This document shows, in pieces, positions 36,886-46,911 of a stretch of 64,000 nt of DNA. How positions within the stretch are numbered: position 1 is the stretch's first letter; every line of letters begins with the position of its first letter. The translations under genes were made by a program, and so were the position numbers. Below the pieces are notes generated by a model. It was not told where the DNA came from and did not search any database. It worked only from the letters and a program-made list of their open reading frames with translations. Source of the DNA: Candidatus Latescibacterota bacterium (GTDB taxonomy: Bacteria; Latescibacterota; UBA2968); NCBI GenBank assembly GCA_965222605.1, contig OZ244960.1, positions 3,584,001-3,648,000 of the forward strand, read 5' to 3'.

Positions 36886-38595
36886 TCAAGGGAGGTCCGA
36901 TTCTTCAGTGGACTCGGAGAAAGGTGCTTCGAGGATGGGCCGGCGCTCCTGGGACTTCTCTTTTTTTTGCACCTCGATCTGCGAGATGAAAATGCTGGGG
37001 GAGACCGCGGCCACGGGTACGCCTCCCGATTCAGCACCGCATATGCCGTTGAACACGCCGATCTGATCGTCGGCAGCGGCGATCTGGCTGAAGGCAGTGA
37101 GCGGCGTGCCGATCAAGTCAACTCCGCGCACTAACTCCTCACGTCCGTCAGTGTAAATGCGGTACACCATGATGGGAAGTACGTTGAAGGCGTTGGGGAA
37201 GGTGCGGCCCGTGATGGTGAAGCCCCCCTGGATGTCCTCGAAGTAGAGACCGAACTTCTTGTTCTCCAGGCGGCACTGTTTGATGAGCATTTCCTTGAGT
37301 TGGTCCCGGGTCAGCGGCTTCGAAGTCTCGACGATGAGGTTGGACTGGCGCGCCACGGGGGTGTAGCCCGGCTGCTTGCGTCCGTGGCCGTTGGAATGAG
37401 GGAAATTCTCAATCGGCGAGCGCGACATGAGAAAGCGGCGGAAAATCCCGTTTTCGACGACGGCTACCCGCTGCGCCTTGACGCCCTGATTGTCGTATGT
37501 GTAGGCACCTACGAGATCCTTGCCAGCGCTGCTCGTCTGGGTGGGATCGAAGTAAACTGAGAAGGTCTCGGGCAGAACTTTTTCCCCTATTTTCTTTTTG
37601 AAGGTCTGGCCTTCGTCTTCTCGCTTCTGGCGGTGGCCCTCGATGCGGTGCCCGAAAATTTCGTGGAAGAGGACGCCGCTGGCGCGGCCCGAGAGAATCG
37701 CCGGACCGGTGTAGGGAGCCACTATCGGGGCGTCGCGCAGGGCGTGCAAGTCGGCGATCATGCGCTCTACCAGGGCGAGGATCTCGTCGTCGCCAGGTAG
37801 GCCCTCCGGGGCAAAGGCGGAAAAGGATTCGTAGCGCGGCAATTCCATGCCGTCGTCGGCCTTGGTGAAGGCGTAGATGAACAGTCTGTAGAGTACCTGC
37901 GAGGTCTGGATTTCGCTGCCCTCGCTGTTGACGTATTGGCGGGTCGATATACTGGCCGAGAGGCTGGCGTTGGCCTCGTAGATATCGCCGTATTGGGCAA
38001 AGGGAGCCGTGTATTTCTTGAGCTTGGCCTCCCATTCGTCGCGGGAGATTTGGAAGGAGGCGGCGTCTTCTACGTAGTGCTCGACTGGCTCTTTGGAGAA
38101 ATCGTCCGACTGGTCTTCCTCTTCCACCGTGACCTGGACATTGGTCTTGACCGTGGTCAGTTGTTCGATGGCGCGCTTGTACTTTTTATCGGTGTGGTAC
38201 CAGAGCACGCTGCGAATGGCGTCCGGATCATCCTCAATGGGAATTTCGATTCTCGAATAGCGATCCGACCAATTGCGGGGGCCGCCGCGGACCTGGTGCG
38301 TATTGTCGAAGGCGTAGTCCCCCACGCGCAGATCAATGTCGAGCCGGCGTCGGTGCGATTCGCGGCTGTAGGCCAGCACGCCGAAAGAGGCTTCGACACT
38401 GATCCCCTGTGTCTCGGTGATTTCATAACTGAGGTAGTAGAGCGGGACCGGCTGCTCCTTGAGCAGACTGAAGGAGCGGGTCAATTCCTCTTGCATGGCT
38501 TGCAGTAGCGGGGAAGCGATTTCGGCCCGAACGCTGGTCGCGGTGAACGCGGTGCAGACGAGGCAAAGGCAGAGAAGGCTGAAAAATGATCTCAT
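36886..38595 (-). CDS. TldD-family metalloprotease with signal peptide
   Basis: FHEIFGHRIEG, YDNQGV, SNGHGR, RQSNL and CGAESGGVPV; signal peptide MRSFFSLL...VRA. Confidence 0.87.
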   Translation of the reverse strand: MRSFFSLLCLCLVCTAFTATSVRAEIASPLLQAMQEELTRSFSLLKEQPVPLYYLSYEITETQGISVEASFGVLAYSRESHRRRLDIDLRVGDYAFDNTHQVRGGPRNWSDRYSRIEIPIEDDPDAIRSVLWYHTDKKYKRAIEQLTTVKTNVQVTVEEEDQSDDFSKEPVEHYVEDAASFQISRDEWEAKLKKYTAPFAQYGDIYEANASLSASISTRQYVNSEGSEIQTSQVLYRLFIYAFTKADDGMELPRYESFSAFAPEGLPGDDEILALVERMIADLHALRDAPIVAPYTGPAILSGRASGVLFHEIFGHRIEGHRQKREDEGQTFKKKIGEKVLPETFSVYFDPTQTSSAGKDLVGAYTYDNQGVKAQRVAVVENGIFRRFLMSRSPIENFPHSNGHGRKQPGYTPVARQSNLIVETSKPLTRDQLKEMLIKQCRLENKKFGLYFEDIQGGFTITGRTFPNAFNVLPIMVYRIYTDGREELVRGVDLIGTPLTAFSQIAAADDQIGVFNGICGAESGGVPVAAVSPSIFISQIEVQKKEKSQERRPILEAPFSESTEESDLP

Positions 38596-38698
38596 TGGCG
38601 TTCCTTTCTTTGGTTTAGGCAGAGATTTTCCAAAGATTCTTCCTGGGATTAAACGTCCTTGTGGGATGCGGGTTCCGAAAGTAAGGATTTCCTCCAAT

Positions 38699-38735
38699 AA
38701 AAAAGAGTCCGCAAGCAACCTCGCGGACTCTTTTT
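38699..38735. terminator. Bidirectional intrinsic terminator
   Basis: AAAAAAGAGTCCGC-N10-GCGGACTCTTTTT. Confidence 0.8.
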
Positions 38736-38756
38736 GCGCGGTGATGTTGATGAGCG

Positions 38757-40298
38757 TTAGTTGGGTGATATGTCGTCTGAGAAGAGGCCGCCGGTGAACT
38801 TGAGCATGACTTTGAAGGATGCCAGGCCCACGGGACGCCCATCGGGATCTACGATGGGAATGTGGCGGAAGCCGTGCAGAGACATCAGGTGCAGGAGGTG
38901 ACCGATGGGATCAGACGTTTTCAGTGCGGTGGGATCTTTGGTCATCAGGCTATCGACTGTTGTATTTTGCAGATCCACGTCGGTTCCGGCAACTTTTTCA
39001 AAGAGATCGCCCTGTGCGAATATGCCGCGCAACAAGCCCTGTTTGTCAACGACCAGCAAACAACCCATATTTTTGCTGCGCATGGTTTCGACAGCATCGG
39101 CTACCGAGGTGTCGGCGGATACACATTCAGGTGCTGGCAGGTCGAGCGATGCGATCGGATCGTAGAGCAGTTGCTGAAGCGATGTGCGCGGTGCCATGGG
39201 GTCTTCTTCGTCGATATCGGGAATGATATTCGATGTGGGCATTTCTTCGTGGACTTCTTGCACGGTCTCGGCGTCGGGGCCTTCGGGAACAATCCAGGTA
39301 TCTGTTGCATGATACAGTGCATTGAGATCACCTGCGCCGCGCTCTTCAACCGCCTGGCGGCCCTGTGCGATGATTTGTTCTTCGTAAATTGGACGTTCTA
39401 CACAACGAAATACGCCGAATGGCACCGGATAATCCGGATGTGTGAGACGGCTGAGCAAATACGCATGGGCTGGATTGTCCAGGGTTTCGTCGTGTGCGAG
39501 CAAGTCGCTTTCCGACACGCCATTGCCCAGGGTTACGACTTCGGGCGCAAGTCCGTTGATACGGATGCCTTTGTCGCGGTCTTTGCCAAAAATGATGGGT
39601 TGGTCGTGTTCCAGAATCACGGTCTGATCGTCTTTGACATCTGCCTGGGTGGCAAAAAACCAGGCTCCGTCGTTGTAAATATTGCAATTCTGATAAATTT
39701 CGACAAAGGACGTGCCGCGATGTTCGGTGGCGCGTTTGAGGATCTCGGCCATGTGTTTGGTGTTGCGGTCAACGGTGCGGGCGACAAAGGTGGCTTCGGC
39801 TGCCAGGGCAACGGATATGGCATTGAAGTCCTGTTCCACAGAGCCCATGGGCGACGAATAGGTGCGCGTACCCGGCGGCGATGTGGGCGAATATTGCCCT
39901 TTGGTGAGGCCGTAGATCGCATTGTTGAAGAGGAGGATGTTGAGATTGACGTTGCGACGCAACACATGCAACAGGTGATTGCCGCCTATGGATAGGCTGT
40001 CGCCATCGCCGGTGATTACCCACACATGCAGGTCGGGATTGGCTACTTTGAGTCCAGTCGCCACGGTTGCCGCGCGACCGTGAATGGTGTGCAGACCGTA
40101 CGTGTTCATATAATAGGGGAATCGGCTGGAACAACCAATGCCCGATATAAAGACCATATCTTCCCGCGCAATGCCCATCTCGGGCAACACGCGCTGCATC
40201 TGTGCGAGGATGGCGTAATCACCACAACCGGGGCACCAGCGCACTTCCTGGTCGGATACGAAGTCTTTTCGCGTCAGTGTTTCAATAGCGTCTGCCAT
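38757..40298 (-). CDS. korB: 2-oxoacid:ferredoxin oxidoreductase beta subunit fused to a C-terminal CBS pair
   Basis: WCPGCGD, SGIGCSSR, HTIHGR, TGDGD..SIGGNH and NNAIYGLTKGQ.SPT; the last ~140 aa are a CBS pair. Substrate specificity not provable from sequence. Confidence 0.87.
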   Translation of the reverse strand: MADAIETLTRKDFVSDQEVRWCPGCGDYAILAQMQRVLPEMGIAREDMVFISGIGCSSRFPYYMNTYGLHTIHGRAATVATGLKVANPDLHVWVITGDGDSLSIGGNHLLHVLRRNVNLNILLFNNAIYGLTKGQYSPTSPPGTRTYSSPMGSVEQDFNAISVALAAEATFVARTVDRNTKHMAEILKRATEHRGTSFVEIYQNCNIYNDGAWFFATQADVKDDQTVILEHDQPIIFGKDRDKGIRINGLAPEVVTLGNGVSESDLLAHDETLDNPAHAYLLSRLTHPDYPVPFGVFRCVERPIYEEQIIAQGRQAVEERGAGDLNALYHATDTWIVPEGPDAETVQEVHEEMPTSNIIPDIDEEDPMAPRTSLQQLLYDPIASLDLPAPECVSADTSVADAVETMRSKNMGCLLVVDKQGLLRGIFAQGDLFEKVAGTDVDLQNTTVDSLMTKDPTALKTSDPIGHLLHLMSLHGFRHIPIVDPDGRPVGLASFKVMLKFTGGLFSDDISPN

Positions 40299-40310
40299 GT
40301 TTGGATTCCT

Positions 40311-42194
40311 TTAGGACGAGGGAGTGCCCAGTATTTCGGCAATTTTGCCGGTGAGTTCTGAAATTTTGAAAGGCAATCCCTGAACTTTATTGTAGGGAAC
40401 GATGACCTGTGAGGGATATTGGGCTTTGAGCAGCAAAGACAACTGTCCCATGTTGAGTTCGGGGACGAGTATGGTTTTGTAACTCGATAGTATTGCACCC
40501 AGATTTTTGGGGAATGGGTTGAGGTAGCGCAGATGCGCTGCGGCAACCGAATAGCCCTGCTGTCGCATTCTACGCACTGCCGAACGGATCGCGCCATAAG
40601 TACATCCCCAGCCCAGGACGAGCAAATCGCCCGATTTGGGGCCCATGACGTGCTGGAGCGGAATGCGGTCGGCGATGCGCGTCAGGCGTTCGGCGCGTAT
40701 GTTGGCCATGTGCTGGTTGTCATCCGGGTCGTAGGACACATTGCCTGTGCCGTCTTCTTTGCCCAGTCCACCAAGCCTGTGTTCAAGGCCCGGCGTGCCC
40801 GGCAATACCCAGGGACGAGCCAGTGTTTTTGGATCGCGCAGATAGGGCAAGAAGCCCTCGGGATCGGTTCTGTGCTCGGTCTGAATGGTCGGAATATCAT
40901 CCGGATCGGGAATTTTCCACGGTTCCGCGCTGGTGTTGAGGTATCCATCGGAGAGGAAAATGACCGGGCTCATGGTTTCAACGGCGATGCGAAACGCTTC
41001 GATGATCATGTCAAAGCAGTCTGAGGGCGTGGCCGGTGAGACAATGGGGATGGGACTGTCGCCATTGCGACCAAACATGCATTGGAGCAGATCTGATTGT
41101 TCTGTTTTGGTGGGCATGCCCGTGCTGGGGCCGCCGCGCTGAAAGTTGCAGATAACGAGGGGTAATTCCATCATCAGGGCGAGGTTCATGGCTTCGCTTT
41201 TCAGTGCGATGCCGGGGCCGCTGGTGCCCGTGGCGGCAAACGCGCCCCCAAAAGCAGCGCCAATGCCCGAGCCAAGTGCGGAAATTTCATCTTCTGCCTG
41301 AAAGGTGCGCACGTCAAAATTTTTCAATGCGGCCAATTCTTCGAGTACCGCACTGGCAGGCGTGATGGGGTAGCTGCCGTAAAAGAGGGTCTTGCCCGCT
41401 TTGTGCGCCGCGGTGACCATGCCTATTGCCGTAGCTTGTGTACCCGTGATAGCGCGATAAGTGCCCGGTGCTACAGCGGCTTTTTTAACCTGGTACTGAA
41501 TTTGAAATTCTTCGACTGTTTCACCAAAGTTGTAGCCGGCTTTCAGAGTGCTGACGTTGCCATTGATGATTTCGTCTTTGCCCTGAAATTTCTTTTCGAG
41601 CATGCGAATGGTCGGTTCGATCGGGCGGTCAAAAATCCAATATGACAGGCCCAGTGCGAAGAAGTTTTTCATCATGTCAATCTGGCGATTGCTCAGGCCC
41701 TCAACGTGTGCGACGGCTGCTTTGTGCAGGGTGGTGAGGGGGACTTTGACCACGCGGTAATTGGAGAGTTCATTGCCTTCGAGGGGGTCGCCGTCGTATC
41801 CGGCTTTGCGCAGGTTGTTGCGCTTGAAGGTATCTGTATTGGCAATGATGATGCCGCCGTCTGGAAGATCGTTGACATTGGCTTTGAGTGCTGCCGGGTT
41901 CATCGCCACGAGGACTTGCGGCTCATCGCCGGGCGTGTATATGTCTTCGCTGGATATGTGGATTTGAAACCCGCTAACGCCGGGTAATGTGCCGGCAGGC
42001 GCGCGGATTTCTGCGGGAAAGTCCGGTAGGGTGCTGATGTCGTTGCCGACTATTGCCGAGGTGTTGGCAAATTCTTTGCCGATGAGCTGACTGCCATCGC
42101 CGGAATCACCAGCAAAGCGAATGGCAATTGATTCGATTTCGGACAGTTCAAAAAGTGCCGATTCGGCCGTTTCCTTGATGTCAATTTCGGCCAT
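40311..42194 (-). CDS. korA: 2-oxoacid:ferredoxin oxidoreductase alpha subunit
   Basis: FAGDSGDG, PAEIRAP, YPITPAS, QAEDEI, TSGPG and QRGGPSTGMPTKTEQSD. Confidence 0.9.
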   Translation of the reverse strand: MAEIDIKETAESALFELSEIESIAIRFAGDSGDGSQLIGKEFANTSAIVGNDISTLPDFPAEIRAPAGTLPGVSGFQIHISSEDIYTPGDEPQVLVAMNPAALKANVNDLPDGGIIIANTDTFKRNNLRKAGYDGDPLEGNELSNYRVVKVPLTTLHKAAVAHVEGLSNRQIDMMKNFFALGLSYWIFDRPIEPTIRMLEKKFQGKDEIINGNVSTLKAGYNFGETVEEFQIQYQVKKAAVAPGTYRAITGTQATAIGMVTAAHKAGKTLFYGSYPITPASAVLEELAALKNFDVRTFQAEDEISALGSGIGAAFGGAFAATGTSGPGIALKSEAMNLALMMELPLVICNFQRGGPSTGMPTKTEQSDLLQCMFGRNGDSPIPIVSPATPSDCFDMIIEAFRIAVETMSPVIFLSDGYLNTSAEPWKIPDPDDIPTIQTEHRTDPEGFLPYLRDPKTLARPWVLPGTPGLEHRLGGLGKEDGTGNVSYDPDDNQHMANIRAERLTRIADRIPLQHVMGPKSGDLLVLGWGCTYGAIRSAVRRMRQQGYSVAAAHLRYLNPFPKNLGAILSSYKTILVPELNMGQLSLLLKAQYPSQVIVPYNKVQGLPFKISELTGKIAEILGTPSS

Positions 42195-42219
42195 AATATT
42201 ATTTTCCTCCTGAAGTATT

Positions 42220-42687
42220 TTAGGCTCCACCCCGAGCGCTGGCAAAGTGGTCGGGCGTTGGCGGTAAGTTGTAGATTTCTTCTGGGAAGTGGTCGCTCAT
42301 GTATTTGATGATGGCATAGTGTGTCAGTGTGCCCAATACGCGCCCTTCTGCATCTACAACGGGCATGTATCGGTGGGGTTTGTCGCTCATAAATCGGATG
42401 GCTTCGATCAGTGTGATATCCGATTGCAGGGTGAGCGGATCGGGGGTCATGATCGTTTCTATAGGCTCGTTGAGTACTTCGGATTGATCGATTACGCGGC
42501 GGGCAATATCGTGCGCTGTAAAGATGCCGATTAGTTTGCCCTGGTCCATTACCAGCGCGCATTTGCGCTGGCTGGTCTGCATTTTGGCGATGACTTGATC
42601 AACGGGATTGTCTTTTTGTACTTCGACGTAAAAAGAGAGATCAACGTGTTTTACTGTGTCGTTGTGGAGGCTGTAATTCAGATTCAT
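42220..42687 (-). CDS. CBS-domain protein
   Basis: GKLIGIFTAHDI, IMTPDPLTL and RYMPVVDAEGRVLG. Confidence 0.85.
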   Translation of the reverse strand: MNLNYSLHNDTVKHVDLSFYVEVQKDNPVDQVIAKMQTSQRKCALVMDQGKLIGIFTAHDIARRVIDQSEVLNEPIETIMTPDPLTLQSDITLIEAIRFMSDKPHRYMPVVDAEGRVLGTLTHYAIIKYMSDHFPEEIYNLPPTPDHFASARGGA

Positions 42688-42920
42688 TGGGAAGGCTCTT
42701 GGGGGGTGGTTTTAGAGGGGTTTAGCGCTGTAATTTTAGAGCAATTTAATATAAGGTATTTACATGTGTGTGGCAAGTATTGTTCTAATAATATAGCATA
42801 GGACGCAAATCCAATACATCTGCTCAAAAAGGTCGGTTCGGAAAATGTTTGATCTGCGGTTTTTTCCCTCTATATTGCTTGACAATATTTTTTAGAATTC
42901 GTTTTTGTCGTGGGGAAGAT

Positions 42921-44090
42921 ATGCTGCGATCCGGGGCTGGACATTCAAATGATGCCGATGGCATGTTCGCTGTTGAGGCCGCTTTGTCAGAAGCTATGAA
43001 GGGGCTGGGCGAGGTTGCGGTTGATGCTGCATTTCTTTTTTTGACCTATCACCACATGGGCGATGCGGCAGCTATGGTTGATGTTGTTATTGACCGTGTA
43101 GAGACAGAGGCTGTATTTGGATGTAGTGGCATGGGGGTTTTGACGGATGCCCGAGAAAATGATCGCGAGCCTGGGGTGGCAGTGCTGGTTTTGGGCGGAG
43201 ATCATATCGAGGTGACACCTCTTGTAGCCGAGGGTGCCGATGCGGGGGTTATTATTGGCGAGCGCGTGGCAGCCCAGGGAACAGAGGATGCGTTGCTGGT
43301 GCTTATGTGTGGGATTTATTCCAATCCGGCGACTTGTCTGGAACAGATTGCCGAGATGGCTGGCGATGTGCTTGTTGTGGGGGGCGTCGCATCGGGCAAT
43401 CCGTGGGGTTCAGCGTCGCCGCAGACATTGCAATGGTGTGGCAGGTGGATTGGCGAACACGGCGTGGTAGGGGCGTTGTTGTCCGGGATAAAGGTGGCTA
43501 CGGGGGTGGCGCAAGGTTGCCAACCGTTTGGGCAGGCTTATGCGATTACCAAAGCGGAGGGCAATGTGATTCAGCAGATCGCATTTGGCCCTGCTGTCGA
43601 TGCGCTCAAGGAGGCTATTAATACGCTCTCTGCAGAAGAGAAAGCCGATTTGCGCTACAATATTTTTGTGGGGCTGGCGATGGATGAATACGCAATTGAA
43701 CGGGCGCGCGGCGATTTTTTGATTCGCAGTCTGACGCATATTGACGAGCAGTCGGGCGCGATTGCGATTAATGAACGCGTGTCTGTGGGGCAGACTATTC
43801 AATTTAATCGGCGTACGCCCCAGGCGGGACATGAAGACATGGTGAAGGTGATGCAGGAGTTGCGGCAGTCTGTCGGGCGCCCGTCCAATACATGTGGTTT
43901 GTATTTTAACTGTATGGGACGCGGATTTGGGCTTTACGGACAGCCCGATCACGATGTTCTGGTGATTCGAAAGCACCTGGGCGCTTTTCCGATGGCTGGC
44001 TTTTTTGGCAATTCAGAGCTGGCACCTGTGGGCGGGCGCAATTTTGTACATAGCTATACGGGCGCGCTGGCTCTGATTTGGGAGGAGTAG
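42921..44090 (+). CDS. FIST N/C domain signalling protein
   Basis: GCSGMG, VGGVAS, VAQGCQPFG, FNCMGRG and GFFGNSE.APVGG.NFVHSYT. Confidence 0.85.
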   Translation: MLRSGAGHSNDADGMFAVEAALSEAMKGLGEVAVDAAFLFLTYHHMGDAAAMVDVVIDRVETEAVFGCSGMGVLTDARENDREPGVAVLVLGGDHIEVTPLVAEGADAGVIIGERVAAQGTEDALLVLMCGIYSNPATCLEQIAEMAGDVLVVGGVASGNPWGSASPQTLQWCGRWIGEHGVVGALLSGIKVATGVAQGCQPFGQAYAITKAEGNVIQQIAFGPAVDALKEAINTLSAEEKADLRYNIFVGLAMDEYAIERARGDFLIRSLTHIDEQSGAIAINERVSVGQTIQFNRRTPQAGHEDMVKVMQELRQSVGRPSNTCGLYFNCMGRGFGLYGQPDHDVLVIRKHLGAFPMAGFFGNSELAPVGGRNFVHSYTGALALIWEE

Positions 44091-44099
44091 GAGGTCCCG

Positions 44100-45446
44100 T
44101 TATCCCATTCGTCCCGCTTTGGAACGTCCCCCCCGCCACAGATCGTACTGGGGGTCTGCATATCGGTCAAAGAAGTTCTGGATCCGGTTGCGACATTCGT
44201 TGATGACTTTTGCGTGGGAACGGTCCGCCAGGTTGTTGCGTTCTTCCGGGTCTGTTAGCATGTCGTACAATTCATCCGGGCCATCTGGATGGCGCCAGGT
44301 GTATTTCCAGCGGTCATTTCGCACCATGCGCGTGTTTTCAAATTCGTGGAAGATTTCGTTATTCCATGCCATTTTCTCTCCGAGAAGTACTGGGGCATAA
44401 CTCACGCCCGGGAGATTGGGGTTGTCGGCAATCCGATCCCGCAATTCCAGATGGTCCAGTACGGATGGGAGAAAATCGTAATTGCATGTTCGTCCTTCAA
44501 ATATCCTGCCCGCCGATATCCGTCCGGGCTGGTGAAATATCAGCGGGATGTGAATGGTTTCTTCATAAGTATGTAGTGGCCGGGAGTGGTCTCCCATGCC
44601 CCACATTCCGTGATGCCCGCCGCACCAGCCCTGATCTGCTGTGTAAATTACCAGTGTGTCTTCTTCCAGGCCGTACTCTTTTAAGGCGTTTGTTATTTCG
44701 CCTACCCCATCATCCACCCCACTCACTGCAGCGGCATATCCGCGAATGCTCACGGGGTTGTTGATCATGTCCCGGTTGCTGCGTAGCCACGAATGTGCTG
44801 GCTCTCTCGGGAAACTCGACAATTCCTTATCCGCATAATATTCGGTATGCCGGTTGACATGTGTTTCCAGCATGCTCTTTCCCAGGCCGTAGGGACCGTT
44901 GTACGCTACGTAGAGAAAGAACGGCTGATGGTGGTTTTGTCGCAGAAATTCCAGCGCGTGTTCTGTTATGACTTCGGTTGTGTACCGGGGTTCGGTGTAA
45001 ACCCCGTCCCGCCAGATTAACTCATCGTCGTAAAATGTCGTGGTGTGTCCCTTCGGGCGGGTAAACCAGTATGAAAATCCCTCCTGAGGCCGCAGGCTGT
45101 CTCCCAAATGCCATTTCCCGCTCAATCCGCATGTATGTCCCGCATCTGCCATTACGCGGGGGAGGTTTGCAAATTCCCGAATGGTGCAGTACGCGTCTGG
45201 TCCCATCTGTGCATCTGGCTTTTCTCCGCCGAGGTAACAGTGTACGCCGTGTTGGGAGGGGATCAGTCCGGTCATAAATGTGGCGCGGCTGGGCGAGCAA
45301 ACCGAGTTTACGCAATAGGCGTTTGAAAACCGAATTCCCTCATCTGCAAGTCTGTCGATGTTGGGGGTTCGAATATCCGGATTTCCATAACAGCCCAGGG
45401 TCCATGCCCCCTGGTTATCGGTCATGATGAATACGACATTCGGCAT
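44100..45446 (-). CDS. Sulfatase (Cys-type)
   Basis: NVVFIMTD, TPNIDRLA, CSPSR..FMTG, GKWHLG and YTADQG. Confidence 0.9.
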   Translation of the reverse strand: MPNVVFIMTDNQGAWTLGCYGNPDIRTPNIDRLADEGIRFSNAYCVNSVCSPSRATFMTGLIPSQHGVHCYLGGEKPDAQMGPDAYCTIREFANLPRVMADAGHTCGLSGKWHLGDSLRPQEGFSYWFTRPKGHTTTFYDDELIWRDGVYTEPRYTTEVITEHALEFLRQNHHQPFFLYVAYNGPYGLGKSMLETHVNRHTEYYADKELSSFPREPAHSWLRSNRDMINNPVSIRGYAAAVSGVDDGVGEITNALKEYGLEEDTLVIYTADQGWCGGHHGMWGMGDHSRPLHTYEETIHIPLIFHQPGRISAGRIFEGRTCNYDFLPSVLDHLELRDRIADNPNLPGVSYAPVLLGEKMAWNNEIFHEFENTRMVRNDRWKYTWRHPDGPDELYDMLTDPEERNNLADRSHAKVINECRNRIQNFFDRYADPQYDLWRGGRSKAGRMG

Positions 45447-45458
45447 TAATCGCTCCTC

Positions 45459-46862
45459 TTAAATGTTTTTCTCATATCGCTCGTCTCCCACTTCGTCCTG
45501 CAAGCGGTGGAGTTCGTCTTTTAATTCGGCGACGACTTCTGCGTATTCGGGATTGTGGTAAACGCTGTTCAATTCATACGGGTCTTTGTCCAGGTCAAAT
45601 AATTCCCACTCTGGTTCTCGGGCGTCGTCCGAGGCGCCTTCCTGCCCACATCCGTCGGCATAATAGTAGATGAGTTTGTGCTGATGCGTTCTGACTCCGT
45701 AGTGCGCGTAGATATTATGCCCGTTCAGGTGCATCCAATACCGGTAATACATTGAGGTGCGCCAATTGTCGGGGCACTCGGCATTTAACAGGGGTCGCAT
45801 GCTGTGTCCCTGGAAATGGTCGGGGATGTCTATTCCGGCGTAGTCCAAAAATGTCGATGCGAAATCCACGTTGAGGATCATGTCTTCGCAGACACTGCCG
45901 GCTTTGATTTCTTTGGGGTACCGAATGAGGAATGGCATACGGAGCGATTCTTCGTACATGAATCGCTTGTCGTACCAACCGTGGTCGCCCAGGTAAAAGC
46001 CCTGGTCCGATGTATAGACTACGATGGTGTTGTCCGTTAGTTTTTCTTCGTCCAGATAGTCGAGTACGCGACCGACATTGTCATCGACCGATGCGACGCA
46101 GCGCAAATAGTCTTTGATGTAGCGTTGGTATTTCCATCGCATGTCTTCTTCGGTGCTCAAGCCTTCGGGTACGGGCTGTTTCAGGTCGCGGGGGTTCAGG
46201 TCGCGGTTGACGCGCATTTCAGCCTGAGATGCCGCTGTGGCGCGGTTGCTGTAGTCGTCCCATAGTGTTTCTGGTTCCGGGATATCGATGTCTTCATACA
46301 TGTCCGCGTGTTTGTCATCTGGTTCCCAGGGGCGATGGGGCGCTTTGTGGTGATACATGAGCATGAATGGTTTGTTTTTGTCGCGGTCTTGCAACCAGTC
46401 CAGTGTTAGGTCGGTTATGATGTCTGTGGTATATCCCTTGTAATGTACTTCTTTGCCCATGTCGTACATCATGGGGTTGTGATATGCGCCCTGGCCGGGT
46501 AGTACGTTCCAGTAGTCAAATCCGGTGGGGTCGTTGTGTCCGCCGTGCCCGAGATGCCATTTGCCCACCATTGCGGTCTGATATCCCGCTGCTTGTAGCA
46601 GTTTGGAAAATGTGACCTGGCGACCGTCCAGGTTTGTGCGCAGTGTGGTTACACCGTTGATGTGATTGTACGTTCCGGTCAAGATTACCGCCCGACTCGG
46701 CGCGCAGATTGAGTTGGTGCAAAAGCAGTTGTTAAAGCGCATTCCGCCTTCGGCTATGCGGTCCAGATTGGGTGTTTTGTTAATCCGACTGTTATAACAA
46801 CTCATGGCATGCGATGCGTGATCATCGGTCATGATAAATAGAATATTGGGTCTTTCACTCAT
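45459..46862 (-). CDS. Sulfatase (Cys-type)
   Basis: PNILFIMTDDH, CAPSRA.ILTG, GKWHLG, HKAPHR and YTSDQGFYLGDHGWYDKRFMYEES. Confidence 0.92.
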   Translation of the reverse strand: MSERPNILFIMTDDHASHAMSCYNSRINKTPNLDRIAEGGMRFNNCFCTNSICAPSRAVILTGTYNHINGVTTLRTNLDGRQVTFSKLLQAAGYQTAMVGKWHLGHGGHNDPTGFDYWNVLPGQGAYHNPMMYDMGKEVHYKGYTTDIITDLTLDWLQDRDKNKPFMLMYHHKAPHRPWEPDDKHADMYEDIDIPEPETLWDDYSNRATAASQAEMRVNRDLNPRDLKQPVPEGLSTEEDMRWKYQRYIKDYLRCVASVDDNVGRVLDYLDEEKLTDNTIVVYTSDQGFYLGDHGWYDKRFMYEESLRMPFLIRYPKEIKAGSVCEDMILNVDFASTFLDYAGIDIPDHFQGHSMRPLLNAECPDNWRTSMYYRYWMHLNGHNIYAHYGVRTHQHKLIYYYADGCGQEGASDDAREPEWELFDLDKDPYELNSVYHNPEYAEVVAELKDELHRLQDEVGDERYEKNI

Positions 46863-46911
46863 GCATACTCCTTTTGGTGTTTTGGGATATTAAAGGATAC
46901 GCTCTTTTCTT

